From Candidatus Magasanikiibacteriota bacterium (lineage in GTDB: Bacteria > Patescibacteriota > Patescibacteriia > Magasanikbacterales > GWA2-37-8), in the NCBI GenBank assembly GCA_017991415.1, contig JAGOQR010000004.1:17549-81548 (forward strand): a stretch of 64,000 nt of DNA. The letters are read 5' to 3'. The notes beneath the pieces were generated by a model. That model was not told the origin of the DNA. It saw only the letters and a list, made by a program, of their open reading frames with translations, and made no database searches. The position numbers and the translations under genes were made by a program. How positions within the stretch are numbered: position 1 is the stretch's first letter; every line of letters begins with the position of its first letter. Positions 45,927 through 56,475 of this stretch are shown here, in pieces.

Positions 45927-48149
45927 TTAATTATTAGTGGTTATTTTTACCTCTCCGCTTGTTATCCATTTAGCCATTTTATTTGCTTCTGCGTTTTTGA
46001 GATCCTGGCCACCCATAGTAATGATGGTATATTGTTTTTTATTTTTTAGAGATTCTACAAGCAGTATAGTGACAACGCCAGCTTGGTCGGTCGAGCCAGT
46101 TTTACTGGCAATTATTTTGTAGTTTTTTGTTCCTACTGGTGCAGATACGGCTAAGCCGCTTACGCTATGTTTGGCAGCGCCAACCTTACTTACTACCTCT
46201 TTAAAGGAGTAGCTGCTTTTTGTTAAAGCTGTTTTGATTGTACTGTTTTCTAAGATTTTAGTAGTAATTTTTAAGAGATTTCGAGGAGTAGATTTATTCT
46301 TTGGATCTAAGCCAGTAACTTCGGTAATGATCGTGTCGTCGGCACCCCAATTATTTAATCTGGTTTTTATTTTATTAATAAAATCAGCTTCGGATACGCC
46401 GCTATTTTGGGCAACCATGCGAGCCGTGTTGTTTGTTGAGCCGATTATCATGGCGCTGAGCAGGTCGGTATTTTTTATGGTAGCTCCATTTTTTAAATTT
46501 AAAACTCTGCCAGTTGATTTTTGTTTGGCGCTTGAATATACAGAAGATTGTGTTAGGTTAAAGTCTTGGTTAAGCGCTTCAAATGCTACAAGCAATTTTG
46601 TGGCCGAAGCAATGGGGCGAGTTTGGTCTATATTTTTTCCAGAGATAATACGGCCGCTTGGGTATTCTGCGATAAGATAGGCAGGAATGCTTGTTTTAAA
46701 CAAGTCATCTATTTTTATTTCACTATCACCAAGGTATTTATTGCGTGAAGAGATAAGGCTGCCATTTATAAAAATAGGTTCGCCTTCCAAAATATTGCTC
46801 GCAGTAACACGGCTAATAGAAAGCACATTTTCTCGTTTATATCCCAAAGCAGCAAAGGTATCTACATCGGCAATAAGACGTTTTTTACCATTTTCTATAA
46901 CGTAGATATTATTACTGTCCGTTACACGGAGCAATGTTCCGTCTTTAAAGCTCGTAGGTAGATTAGCCACTTCGAGATTTTTTATTTCGGTGAGTAGATG
47001 TTTTTCTATGCTGAGGTTTGCGTAGTTTGTATTAATAATATTTTTGTCTGTAATAGGGTATAAGATATTATCTTTAAAAAGATAGTACGTGTTATTAAGA
47101 TCTGTAATTTGGTAAATTACACCCGTTGGAGCAGTGGTAGATTCGGTAATGGTTGTTCCGAGGGGGTAGCCTGCAATATCAGCGTCGGAAATTTCCACAA
47201 ACTCTTCTGGATTATAGCCAATTTTTTTAACTACTTCTGCAGAAGCAAAAGGTCGTAAGGTGTCGTAGTCTAAAAGATAAAAAGTAGAAGGGGTTTTGAG
47301 GATAGAATAATTTGGGAATGATATATCTGGGCCAGTTTGGTAGTTGCTGAGTTCGGACTCTGAAACAGTGACAATCATTTTTGGATCTGCGCGACTGAGT
47401 AATGTGGCTTGATTTTTAAATTTACGCTTGATGTTATTTTGAATGAGCCATACTTCGGTGTTTGCGTCAGAGCGAAGCAAGCTGCCATTAGGATAGATTT
47501 GGGCAAACCAGGTGTTCCAAATGCGAAAAAAGTTCTGGTTGCCATGGAAGTGGGGAGTATATGTATATAAAAAAGCAGTTGCCCAGCTTTGAGGGATAAT
47601 TGGTTGATTATCAATTATAGTTGTTTGATCTTTCTTTTTGACATACGAAAGATTGCTGTTGTTGTAGTACCACCTAATAACACCAGCGGCATTGTCCACT
47701 TGTTTGCCAAAGCCTTTGAATTTTAATAGTTTAGGATCGCTCAGAGAGCAGCTATCGCAGACGCCGTATCCAGCTGCCCAGTCAAGTTGTTTCTGAGTGG
47801 GAGTGTCGTCAGTAATGAGACTTTGTTCTTTCTGTAGGGTAACGAGGAGATATTTTGGGTTAATTTGGTACTGTTGAGAGGCTTGGTAGATAATTTCTGA
47901 AGCAGGCTTAATTTGGCCATTTAAATCTTCGGACCGTAAAGTTGCCAAATAGCTTCCTCGATCTTCGAGAAATTTTTGAATATCTTGCACCGTCCAGTTG
48001 GCAGTGCTCTGCATTTCCTCGTCAGAAATGATAAATTGAGGATTAAATGCCACTTGAGCAGCAGATGCAGATAAAAGAGGGGAAAAACTAAAAATGCCGA
48101 GTAGTAAAAGGATGGTATATGTCGAGATTTGTTTATTATTCATATGCAA
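45927..48149 (-). CDS. Secreted D-alanyl-D-alanine carboxypeptidase (peptidase S11/PBP5-like) with ~450 aa N-terminal extension
   Basis: Signal peptide MHMNNKQISTYTILLLLGIFSFSPLLSASAAQ. The C-terminal domain has SxxK (ASATKLL), an SxN-like motif (GSTNN) and KTG (SKTGST). The N-terminal domain is unassigned. Confidence 0.65.
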   Translation of the reverse strand: MHMNNKQISTYTILLLLGIFSFSPLLSASAAQVAFNPQFIISDEEMQSTANWTVQDIQKFLEDRGSYLATLRSEDLNGQIKPASEIIYQASQQYQINPKYLLVTLQKEQSLITDDTPTQKQLDWAAGYGVCDSCSLSDPKLLKFKGFGKQVDNAAGVIRWYYNNSNLSYVKKKDQTTIIDNQPIIPQSWATAFLYTYTPHFHGNQNFFRIWNTWFAQIYPNGSLLRSDANTEVWLIQNNIKRKFKNQATLLSRADPKMIVTVSESELSNYQTGPDISFPNYSILKTPSTFYLLDYDTLRPFASAEVVKKIGYNPEEFVEISDADIAGYPLGTTITESTTAPTGVIYQITDLNNTYYLFKDNILYPITDKNIINTNYANLSIEKHLLTEIKNLEVANLPTSFKDGTLLRVTDSNNIYVIENGKKRLIADVDTFAALGYKRENVLSISRVTASNILEGEPIFINGSLISSRNKYLGDSEIKIDDLFKTSIPAYLIAEYPSGRIISGKNIDQTRPIASATKLLVAFEALNQDFNLTQSSVYSSAKQKSTGRVLNLKNGATIKNTDLLSAMIIGSTNNTARMVAQNSGVSEADFINKIKTRLNNWGADDTIITEVTGLDPKNKSTPRNLLKITTKILENSTIKTALTKSSYSFKEVVSKVGAAKHSVSGLAVSAPVGTKNYKIIASKTGSTDQAGVVTILLVESLKNKKQYTIITMGGQDLKNAEANKMAKWITSGEVKITTNN

Positions 48150-48152
48150 TCC

Positions 48153-48181
48153 AGTATATCATAGCTTGGTTTTTGGCTCAA
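48153..48181 (-). promoter_or_regulatory. Candidate sigma70 promoter for the secreted carboxypeptidase gene (minus strand)
   Basis: The reverse complement reads TTGAGC, a 17 bp spacer, then TATACT, ending ~4 nt before the ATG. Confidence 0.4.
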
Positions 48182-48206
48182 TTGGCTATTTTTACCCTAT
48201 TATTAT

Positions 48207-48233
48207 AATAACCCTGATATAGTCAGGGTTATT
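48207..48233 (-). terminator. Hairpin downstream of clpB (probable terminator)
   Basis: Perfect 11-bp inverted repeat aataaccctga-tatag-tcagggttatt, flanked by A/T-rich sequence rather than a clean U-tract. Confidence 0.5.
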
Positions 48234-48245
48234 ATGCAGATCAGT

Positions 48246-50876
48246 TTATTTTTCGAGGGCAATTTTGTTTTTAATGACTGTTACCCGTACTCTATCTCCC
48301 GCTTTAAACTTCTTTTCTATCAAATCCATAGCAAGAAGATCTAATACTTCGCTTTGGATAACCCGTTTGAGGGGTCTGGCGCCATAATTTTCATCGAAGC
48401 CTTTTTTAGCCAAGTATTTTTCGGCGCTCGTATCGACTTCAAGAGAGATTTTTTGTTCAAGCAATCTAGTTTTGACTTTTTCGAGCTGCAACTTAACGAT
48501 AAATGAAATATCCTTTTCTTTGAGCGAGTGGAAGATAATAATATCATCGATACGATTGAGGAATTCTGGCTTGAAATGATCTTTTAATCCTTCTAGGATT
48601 TTATCTTTCATTGTTTTTTCGCTGTTTTTTGTTTCCGTAGCGTTAAAACCAAATTCACCTTTTTTATTCCAATCTAAAATTAAATTACTGCCAATATTAC
48701 TTGTCATAATGACAACAGTATTTTTGAAGTTTACTTTGCGGCCTTTGGCATCGGTAACATGTCCGTCGTCTAAAATTTGTAATAAAATATTAAAGACATC
48801 GGGGTGAGCTTTTTCAATTTCATCAAATAGAATAACTGAATATGGTTTGCGACGTACCAGTTCGGTGATTTGGCCGCCCTCTTCAAAGCCCACATAGCCA
48901 GGAGGGGAGCCGATAATTTTTGAAACAGCATGTTTTTCCATATATTCACTCATATCAACGCGAATCATGGAATTTTCTGTATCAAACATAAATTCGGCTA
49001 ATGCTTTGGCGAGCTCTGTTTTTCCAACACCAGTTGGGCCAAGGAAGATAAAAGAACCAATCGGTCGATTGGGTTCGGCAATACCTGCGCGGGAGCGACG
49101 AATAGCGTTGGCAACTGCTTTTACTGCCTCTTCTTGACCAACAACTCGTTTGGTTAAATCTTCTTCCATGTGGGTAAGTTTTTCGGCTTCGCTCATGAGC
49201 ATTTTGTATACAGGAATTCCTGTCCATCTGGCTACGACTCGCGCAATGTCTTGTTCGGTTACTTCTTCTTTTAGAATGCCATTTGTTCTTTGAATGTTCG
49301 ATAATTTTTGTTCTTCTTGTCGAACTTCTGCTTCTAAATTAGGAATTTTTCCATATCTAATCTCGGCAACTTTTTGTAAATCACCACGACGTTCTTCTAT
49401 TTCTGCTTTCTGACGCAAGTCTTCTATCTCTTTTTTATGTTTGTGAATACTGGTTATAATTTCTTTTTCATTTTGCCATCTGGCTTCCAGCTCCGTGCTT
49501 TTATCTTTTAGCTCAGCAAGTTCCTTTTCAATTTTTTCTAAACGTTCCTGTGCCTCCTGTTCTTTTTCTTTTTTAAGCGCTCGTTTTTCAATTTCCATTT
49601 TGATCATGATTCGTTTCATTTTATCGAGTTCGTCAGGCATGGAATCTATTTGTAATCGTAAGCCAGAGGTTGCTTCGTCAATAAGGTCAATCGCTTTATC
49701 TGGCAAGAAACGATCCATAATATAGCGTTGTGATAAATCAACTGCTGCAATTATAGCGGTATCAGTAATACGAACACCATGGTGTACCTCATATTTTTCT
49801 TTGATACCACGCAATATAGCAATAGCATCTTCGCGAGATGGTTCACTTACCATAACTGGCTGGAAACGACGTTCCAGCGCTGCATCTTTTTCAATATATT
49901 TTTGGTACTCTTTAAGAGTAGTCGCGCCAATGGTATGGAGTGTGCCTCGAGCTAGTGCAGGCTTAAGCATGTTACTTGCATCCATAGAACCTTCCGAAGA
50001 TCCTGCGCCCACAATAGTATGAAGTTCGTCAATAAATAAAATTATTTTTCCAGCTGATTGATCTATTTCTTTTAATACTGCTTTGAGCCTATCTTCAAAT
50101 TCGCCACGAAATTTAGTGCCAGCAAGTAGAGAGCCAACATCAAGAGCAATAACTTCTTTATTTTTTAATGATTCTGGCACATCGCCGTTTACAATTCGTT
50201 GAGCCAAGCCTTCGGCAATGGCAGTTTTACCAGTTCCTGGTTCACCGATAAGTACTGGGTTATTTTTGGTACGACGACTGAGAATTTGCATAACACGACG
50301 AATCTCATCATCACGACCGATAACAGGGTCTAGCTTTTCTTTAAACGCAAGATCAGTAAGATTTTTGCCGTATTTTTCTAGCACATTGTATTTGCTTTCT
50401 GGTTCTGGGCCGTCCACTTTTTGGTTACCACGAATGCTCGCGAGGATTTTTAATGATTCGTCATAAGTGATTCCTTGAGCAGCAAGCAGTTCGTTAATAG
50501 GGTTATGGCCAATAAGAAAAGAGAGGAATAAATGCTCTACACTAATATATTCATCTCCTATTTTTTTTGCTTCACCTACGGCTGTTTGAAAAATATAAAT
50601 CATGCCTTGACTGAGCAGAATTTGACCAACACCGCCAGCAGGCATGCTTCCAGGTTGTTTCGGTAACTTATCGATAAGCGACTGTGCACCTGCTTTGAGC
50701 GCGATGATATTAGCGTTAAATTTATGTAAAACCGAAACAACAACGCCGTCGGCATCCTCTAAAAGGGCAAAAAACAAATGCGGGGGCTCTATTTGGGGCT
50801 GTCCATTTTCGTAGGCAATTCGAGCTGCATTTTGCATTATTTCCTGAGATTTATTGGTAAAATTTTGAGGAATCAT
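48246..50876 (-). CDS. clpB: Chaperone ClpB (Hsp100 disaggregase)
   Basis: N domain, D1 ([22 protein letters not shown]), a long coiled-coil M domain, D2 ([10 protein letters not shown]) and a C-terminal domain. 876 aa. Confidence 0.95.
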   Translation of the reverse strand: MIPQNFTNKSQEIMQNAARIAYENGQPQIEPPHLFFALLEDADGVVVSVLHKFNANIIALKAGAQSLIDKLPKQPGSMPAGGVGQILLSQGMIYIFQTAVGEAKKIGDEYISVEHLFLSFLIGHNPINELLAAQGITYDESLKILASIRGNQKVDGPEPESKYNVLEKYGKNLTDLAFKEKLDPVIGRDDEIRRVMQILSRRTKNNPVLIGEPGTGKTAIAEGLAQRIVNGDVPESLKNKEVIALDVGSLLAGTKFRGEFEDRLKAVLKEIDQSAGKIILFIDELHTIVGAGSSEGSMDASNMLKPALARGTLHTIGATTLKEYQKYIEKDAALERRFQPVMVSEPSREDAIAILRGIKEKYEVHHGVRITDTAIIAAVDLSQRYIMDRFLPDKAIDLIDEATSGLRLQIDSMPDELDKMKRIMIKMEIEKRALKKEKEQEAQERLEKIEKELAELKDKSTELEARWQNEKEIITSIHKHKKEIEDLRQKAEIEERRGDLQKVAEIRYGKIPNLEAEVRQEEQKLSNIQRTNGILKEEVTEQDIARVVARWTGIPVYKMLMSEAEKLTHMEEDLTKRVVGQEEAVKAVANAIRRSRAGIAEPNRPIGSFIFLGPTGVGKTELAKALAEFMFDTENSMIRVDMSEYMEKHAVSKIIGSPPGYVGFEEGGQITELVRRKPYSVILFDEIEKAHPDVFNILLQILDDGHVTDAKGRKVNFKNTVVIMTSNIGSNLILDWNKKGEFGFNATETKNSEKTMKDKILEGLKDHFKPEFLNRIDDIIIFHSLKEKDISFIVKLQLEKVKTRLLEQKISLEVDTSAEKYLAKKGFDENYGARPLKRVIQSEVLDLLAMDLIEKKFKAGDRVRVTVIKNKIALEK

Positions 50877-50885
50877 AAGTATAGA

Positions 50886-50912
50886 TTAAGGATTATTATC
50901 ACTCTGTATAGA
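50886..50912. promoter_or_regulatory. CIRCE-like inverted repeat (candidate HrcA operator) upstream of clpB
   Basis: TTATCACTC-N9-GAGTGATAA differs from the CIRCE consensus TTAGCACTC-N9-GAGTGCTAA at one position per arm. It lies 10-36 bp upstream of the clpB start codon. Confidence 0.6.
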
Positions 50913-51009
50913 AGAGTGATAATAGTATAACATCTTGTTAAAATGTGTCAAGTTTGCTATCATTTAGCTATGTTTTAGCTGTTGTGCCGTTATAAAATTA
51001 GATATAATT

Positions 51010-52671
51010 ATGATTAAAAAATTATTCTTTTTAACGATCTTGGGTTTTTTAATACTTTTGCCAAAAGTCGTAAGAGCGGAGGAGGTGCGATCGTTTCACG
51101 CTTCAATTCATATTTTAGATGACGCCTCTGTGCAAATTTCCGAAAAAATTCAATACGACTTTGGTTCTGCTCAAAAGCATGGTATTTTTAGAACTATTCC
51201 GTATGGTTTGTCTCTTCGTTCTTTGCCTCTGTATATTAGTGATATGCAAGTTGTTGATGAGCAAGGGGTTCGGCTTCCTTTTGATATTTCAAAAAAAGAA
51301 TCCAATCTTTTCATAAAAATAGGGGACCCAGATAAAACTGTTACAGGCATCCATACTTATATTATAAGCTACACCGTTCAAAATGTTGTAAAATTTTTAA
51401 AAACTAACGATCAATTCTATTGGAATATTACAGGTAATGCATGGGAAGTGCCTATTGCTGAAGCTTCAGCAAGTATTAGTTTTCCTTCTCAAGCCAGTTT
51501 GGACAAGATTAGTCTTTTTTGTTATGCCGGCGCATCCGGTTCGCTCAATAATTGCCAAGAGGCACGAACTGTAAATCCAATATATATAAGACAGACAGAC
51601 ATGTCTATCCAAGATGGAATCACTGTTAGGTTGGTTTTGCCTAAAGGTGTGATACGCCAGCCAAGTACGGTTCAATCAGTACTGTATTTTTTGCAAGATA
51701 ATAAGATATTGCTATTGCCGATAGTTTTGTTTTTCGTACTGTTATTACTATGGAAAAAATATGGTCGTGATTACAAAGGTACGGATGTGATTGTGGCTCA
51801 ATTTGATGCGCCAGATAATTTAACACCAGCAGAGGTTGGGGTAATTTTTGATCAATGGGCAAGTAACAGAGATGTTTCCGCGGAAATTATCAGTTTGGCA
51901 ATACGAGGATATATACAAATTGAGCAAGTAGAAAAAAGAAAAGATTTTTTGCTTAGCAAAGATGATTATCAATTTACTTTGTTAAAGAATCCGGAAGAAA
52001 TAGGTAATGATCATGATAAGAAATTATTAGAAGCTTTGTTTTCAAAATTTGAACAGAAGACTGTTTTACTTTCCAGTCTAAAAAATAACCCAGTTGTGCG
52101 CACGAGGATAAAACAAGTTGGAAAAATATTGTATAAAGATCTGACAAGCAAAGGGTATTTTAAGCTCAATCCGAACACTATGCGGCAAATTTATGTTGTC
52201 ACAGGGTTTGTGCTTATTTATTTTACCGTGAAACTATCGGCAGATTTTATGTTTTTGGCAGCGTTTATTATTTCTGGGATATTATTGATTTTGTTTAGCT
52301 TTATCATGCCGGCATTAACTCAGAAAGGCGTATTGACCAGAGAGTATATTTTAGGATTAAAAAAATATTTAGAAGTAGCTGAAAAAGCGAGGTTAGAATT
52401 TCATAACGCACCAGAAAAACAACCAGAACAGTTTGAAAAATTGTTGCCATTTGCTATGGTATTGGGTGTTGAAAAACAGTGGGCAAAGCAATTTGAGGAT
52501 ATGCATATACCTTCACCAGGTTGGTATACGGGCTATCATGTTGGCAGCTTTTCAGCGGTTGCTTTTACTAGCTCGCTGAGCAGTTTTAGTGCTAGTCTTA
52601 ATTCAGCCGGTATGAGCGGTAGGGGTTCTTCTGGTGGTGGTCGCGGAGGCGGCGGCGGTGGAAGTTGGTAA
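51010..52671 (+). CDS. DUF2207 family membrane protein
   Basis: Signal peptide, then a ~200 aa extracytoplasmic domain, TM helices, and the characteristic Gly-rich C-terminus GRGSSGGGRGGGGGGSW. Confidence 0.75.
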   Translation: MIKKLFFLTILGFLILLPKVVRAEEVRSFHASIHILDDASVQISEKIQYDFGSAQKHGIFRTIPYGLSLRSLPLYISDMQVVDEQGVRLPFDISKKESNLFIKIGDPDKTVTGIHTYIISYTVQNVVKFLKTNDQFYWNITGNAWEVPIAEASASISFPSQASLDKISLFCYAGASGSLNNCQEARTVNPIYIRQTDMSIQDGITVRLVLPKGVIRQPSTVQSVLYFLQDNKILLLPIVLFFVLLLLWKKYGRDYKGTDVIVAQFDAPDNLTPAEVGVIFDQWASNRDVSAEIISLAIRGYIQIEQVEKRKDFLLSKDDYQFTLLKNPEEIGNDHDKKLLEALFSKFEQKTVLLSSLKNNPVVRTRIKQVGKILYKDLTSKGYFKLNPNTMRQIYVVTGFVLIYFTVKLSADFMFLAAFIISGILLILFSFIMPALTQKGVLTREYILGLKKYLEVAEKARLEFHNAPEKQPEQFEKLLPFAMVLGVEKQWAKQFEDMHIPSPGWYTGYHVGSFSAVAFTSSLSSFSASLNSAGMSGRGSSGGGRGGGGGGSW

Positions 52672-52675
52672 AAAT

Positions 52676-53371
52676 ATGAATTCAGAAAAAATAATTCCAC
52701 AACACATCGCTATTATTTTGGATGGTAATAGGCGCTGGGCAAAAGCACGCGCGTTGCCAACTTTTTTTGGTCATAAAAAAGGCATGGAGAATGCTAAAAA
52801 AATAGTGCTCCACGCACAGAAAATGGGTGTCAAAGTAATTACCATGTATGGTTTTTCTACCGAAAATTGGTCTCGTTCAGAAAAAGAAGTAAACTACCTC
52901 ATGAAATTATTTGAAGCATATATAGATAAAAATATTGCAGAGTATAAGAAGAGGGGGATTAAATTTAGGCATATTGGATCGCTCAAAGAATTGCCAAGCT
53001 CGCTTCAAGAGAAAATTAAAAATGCAATTGCGCTAACCAAAGATTGTTCGGGTATTGTTGCAACTATGGCGCTTAATTACGGAGGGCGAGATGAGATAAA
53101 GCGTGCGTTACAAAAAATTATAAAAAGCGGCGTACCATCGAGCAATATTGATTTTGATCTCATTAGTAATAATTTAGATACGGCTGGTTTGCCAGATCCA
53201 GATTTGATAATTCGTACTTCGGGCGAGCAGCGAACGTCTGGATTTTTATTATGGCAAAGTGCTTATAGTGAACTTTATTTTCCCAAAGTAGAATGGCCCG
53301 ATTTTAATGTAGCAGAATTCGACAAAGCAATTTTGGAGTTTAATAAAAGACAAAGACGCTTTGGAAAATAA
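52676..53371 (+). CDS. uppS: Undecaprenyl diphosphate synthase (isoprenyl transferase)
   Basis: HIAIILDGNRRWAKARAL...YGFSTENWSRS. ATG 52676 is preferred over the earlier track start inside DUF2207. Confidence 0.9.
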   Translation: MNSEKIIPQHIAIILDGNRRWAKARALPTFFGHKKGMENAKKIVLHAQKMGVKVITMYGFSTENWSRSEKEVNYLMKLFEAYIDKNIAEYKKRGIKFRHIGSLKELPSSLQEKIKNAIALTKDCSGIVATMALNYGGRDEIKRALQKIIKSGVPSSNIDFDLISNNLDTAGLPDPDLIIRTSGEQRTSGFLLWQSAYSELYFPKVEWPDFNVAEFDKAILEFNKRQRRFGK

Positions 53372-53380
53372 TTTTTTGAT

Positions 53381-54130
53381 ATGGATTTACTTGGTGTAAC
53401 AATTACCCAAATAACAAAACAGCAGGCTTTAGAAAAAGTATCTGGTTTTTTACATCCGCTTATCGGGGAGCAGGCTTTATTAAATCAATATAAAATTTTT
53501 ACCCCCAATCCTGAAATGCTTGTAAAAGCGCAGAAAGATAAATATTTTAAAAATGTTTTAAATTCTGGTGATTTAAATTTGTGCGATGGTATGGGGGTGC
53601 AGATTTTTACAGGAATAAAAAGAATTCCTGGGGCAGATTTTATGCTAGAGCTCTGTGCGCTTGCAGAAAAAGAAAGTAAAGGGGTTTATCTGCTTGGCTC
53701 GGGAGACGAAATAGTTATTCAAAATACATTTAAGGCATTGCATAAAAAATTTCCTAACCTAAAAATATCGGGTTATAACAAGGGGCCTGTTTTGAACGAA
53801 GCTGCAATGCAGCAGTTTGATGTGTGTATTATTGACGAGATCAACAAAACTGGCGCAGAAATTTTATTTGTTGCTTTTGGTATGGGTAAACAAGAAAAAT
53901 GGATTTATGAAAATTTAAGTAACATGCCACATATTAACGTGGCTATGGGCGTGGGTGGATCTTTTGATTTTATCTCGAATCGTATAAAGCGTGCCCCTTT
54001 ATTTTTGCGTAGACTTGGGTTAGAATGGGTATATCGTTTATGGCAAGAGCCAGCGCGTATTGGTCGTATTTTCAATGCGACGGTAGTGTTTACATGGCTT
54101 GTGATACAAGAAAAAATATGGAAAAAATAA
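53381..54130 (+). CDS. WecB/TagA/CpsF family glycosyltransferase (GT26)
   Basis: 249 aa with C-terminal GVGGSFDFISNRIKRAPLFLRRLGLEWVYRLWQEPAR typical of TagA/WecG. Confidence 0.85.
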   Translation: MDLLGVTITQITKQQALEKVSGFLHPLIGEQALLNQYKIFTPNPEMLVKAQKDKYFKNVLNSGDLNLCDGMGVQIFTGIKRIPGADFMLELCALAEKESKGVYLLGSGDEIVIQNTFKALHKKFPNLKISGYNKGPVLNEAAMQQFDVCIIDEINKTGAEILFVAFGMGKQEKWIYENLSNMPHINVAMGVGGSFDFISNRIKRAPLFLRRLGLEWVYRLWQEPARIGRIFNATVVFTWLVIQEKIWKK

Positions 54131-54354
54131 GTGAGATTTTAGGTTGGGTTGGGGTGCTTTGTATTGTATGTGCGTATGCACTGGTAAGTTTCGGTCTTAT
54201 TGGTGCTGCCAGTTTGTCGTATCAGATACTAAATACTATTGGGGCTCTCGGGGTTATCTATAGTTCGTTTTGTAAAAAAAATTTTCAACCAGCTGTATTA
54301 AATATTGTTTGGGCGCTGATTGGAATTGTGTCAATTATAAAAATAATAATGTAA
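54118..54354 (+). CDS. Hypothetical small membrane protein (2-3 TM)
   Basis: MEKISEILGWVGVLCIVCAYALVSFGLIGAASL..., overlapping the tagA 3' end. Confidence 0.4.
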   Translation: MEKISEILGWVGVLCIVCAYALVSFGLIGAASLSYQILNTIGALGVIYSSFCKKNFQPAVLNIVWALIGIVSIIKIIM

Positions 54355-54371
54355 ATATATAGTGCTACTGT

Positions 54372-54962
54372 ATGGGTGAAAAAATAAGTGGTTCTAGAGA
54401 AGTAGGAGCCGAAAAAGAAAAAAAAATAATTGTGGAAGTGGGTACGGACGGCAAGCCATTTTTTTTGATTGGCCATAGAAAATTGAAGCCCGATGAACTG
54501 TACATTTCTATAGATCAAGATATTTCTCGCGCACGTGCTACTGACCGCATGGCGCATCGATTGAACGTAGAAAACACAATGGCTGTTAACGCAGATGCTC
54601 GCACTCTACCTTTTGCAGACAGTACAGTCGATGAAATGGTTTTTACTAATGTTTTTGGTGAAGGAGGTAAAACTGCGCCAAATTATTTTGATAGCATGCT
54701 TACAGAAGCTGTGAGGGTGTTAAAAAAGAACGGTACAATCCTTATCACCGAAACCTATACGCCCAGCCTTGTTCCCGACCGTATGCGTGTGGTGCAGGAT
54801 GTAAACGGCACTTTTGGGATAGACGAGAGTTATTACAAAACTAAGGGGTTGGAAATATCGGCACTTAGCTTTGATAACAAAGATATTAGTCAGCAGCACA
54901 AATTCGATTTGGGTGCAGATTTTTTTGATCATAATTTTCAGTTAACCTTAATTAAAAAATAG
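54372..54962 (+). CDS. Class I SAM-dependent methyltransferase-like protein (degenerate motif I)
   Basis: NADARTLPFADSTVDEMVF and LKKNGTILI match Methyltransf_11-type motifs. Motif I reads VEVGTDGKP rather than DxGxGxG. Confidence 0.5.
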   Translation: MGEKISGSREVGAEKEKKIIVEVGTDGKPFFLIGHRKLKPDELYISIDQDISRARATDRMAHRLNVENTMAVNADARTLPFADSTVDEMVFTNVFGEGGKTAPNYFDSMLTEAVRVLKKNGTILITETYTPSLVPDRMRVVQDVNGTFGIDESYYKTKGLEISALSFDNKDISQQHKFDLGADFFDHNFQLTLIKK

Positions 54963-54966
54963 TTGT

Positions 54967-56430
54967 ATGATAAAAACCCGTTTTGCCCCGAGTCCTACTG
55001 GATATTTGCATGTTGGTGGATTGCGCACCGCCTTGTATTCATATTTATTTGCCAAAAAACATGGTGGAACGTTTTTATTACGCATAGAAGATACTGATAG
55101 AGAGCGGTTTGTAGCAGACGGTGTTTCTAATATTTTAAAATCTTTATATTGGGCAGGAATAACTCCCAAAGAAGGTGTTGTGCAAGATGAGCATGGAAAC
55201 CCGCAGAATTTGGGAGAGAATGGTCCATATACACAGTCGGAACGATTGGAAATTTATAAAGAATATTCGCAAAAGTTACTCGATGCAGGCCATGCGTATT
55301 ACTGTTTTTGTACCTCCGAGCGATTAGAAAAACTTCGAGCTGATCAACAGGCAAGAAAAATGCCAACAGGCTACGATGGCCTTTGTGCAAAACTTGACCC
55401 AACAGAATCCAAACAAAAAGCAGAATCTGGAGAAAAGCATGTTATGAGATTAAAAATGGACAAGCATGGCGAAACTATTTTTAATGATTTAATTCGCGGA
55501 GAAGTCCGATTTAAAAATGAATTAGTAGATGATCAGGTGCTTATAAAATCCGATGGTTTTCCTACCTATCATTTTGCAGTGGTGGTAGACGACCATCTTA
55601 TGGGCATTACTCATATTATTCGCGGTGAAGAATGGATAAGTAGCGTGCCTAAACATGTTCAGTTGTATAAATTTTTTGGTTGGGATGTGCCAGAGATGGC
55701 TCATTTACCGTTGTTGCTAAACCCTGATAAATCTAAGCTTAGTAAACGTCAGGGAGATGTGGCAGTAGAAGATTATTGGAAAAAGGGTTATTTACCCGAA
55801 GCCTTAATCAATTTTGTGGCATTTTTAGGTTGGAATCCAGGCACCGAAAAAGAAATGTATACGCTTGAAGAGTTAATACAAGATTTTGATTTGGCTAAAG
55901 TAGGTAATACAGGCGCAGTCTTTAATATCGATAAATTGAATTGGTTTAATAAGCAGTATATAAAAAATCTAAGTAACCAGGAATTGGTTTTGCGTGCCAA
56001 GCCATGGCTCGAAGAAGCGGGTATACAGGATAGTGAATTATTAGAGAAAGCTGTAGGACTAGAACGAGAACGAATTGCAACTTTAGCAGAATTGCCAGAA
56101 GCAATTAAGTTTGTTTTTGCTTTGCCAGAGTACGACCCTAATTTATTGGTTTGGAAAAAGAGCTCTAAAGAAGAAGTTGTACAGATTTTGCCAGAGTTAA
56201 TGGTGTTTTTGGAAACGGTGAGTGATGACAAATGGAATAAGCAAGATTTGGAAATAGTCCTAAAAGCTTGGATAGCTGAAAAAGGATATTCTGTCGGTTC
56301 GGTAATGTGGCCAATGCGAGTAGCTTTGTCTGGACAGGAAAATTCTCCTGGACCCTTTGAAATTGCTGAGGTTTTGGGTAAGAAGCTTGTGCTGGAAAGA
56401 CTTGCAAAAGGTCTTGCTAGTTTGAAATAA
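54967..56430 (+). CDS. gltX: Glutamate--tRNA ligase
   Basis: RFAPSPTGYLHVGGLRTALYSY and a KMSKS-like motif KLSKRQG. Confidence 0.95.
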   Translation: MIKTRFAPSPTGYLHVGGLRTALYSYLFAKKHGGTFLLRIEDTDRERFVADGVSNILKSLYWAGITPKEGVVQDEHGNPQNLGENGPYTQSERLEIYKEYSQKLLDAGHAYYCFCTSERLEKLRADQQARKMPTGYDGLCAKLDPTESKQKAESGEKHVMRLKMDKHGETIFNDLIRGEVRFKNELVDDQVLIKSDGFPTYHFAVVVDDHLMGITHIIRGEEWISSVPKHVQLYKFFGWDVPEMAHLPLLLNPDKSKLSKRQGDVAVEDYWKKGYLPEALINFVAFLGWNPGTEKEMYTLEELIQDFDLAKVGNTGAVFNIDKLNWFNKQYIKNLSNQELVLRAKPWLEEAGIQDSELLEKAVGLERERIATLAELPEAIKFVFALPEYDPNLLVWKKSSKEEVVQILPELMVFLETVSDDKWNKQDLEIVLKAWIAEKGYSVGSVMWPMRVALSGQENSPGPFEIAEVLGKKLVLERLAKGLASLK

Positions 56431-56475
56431 GTTTTATAGAGGTCAAAATTCTTCTAGTGTGCTATAATACCAACT

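Noticed and set aside
49495-50466. Several 70-82 aa plus-strand ORFs within clpB
   Set aside because: These are Ser/Arg-rich shadow frames antisense to the ClpB coiled-coil and AAA domains.
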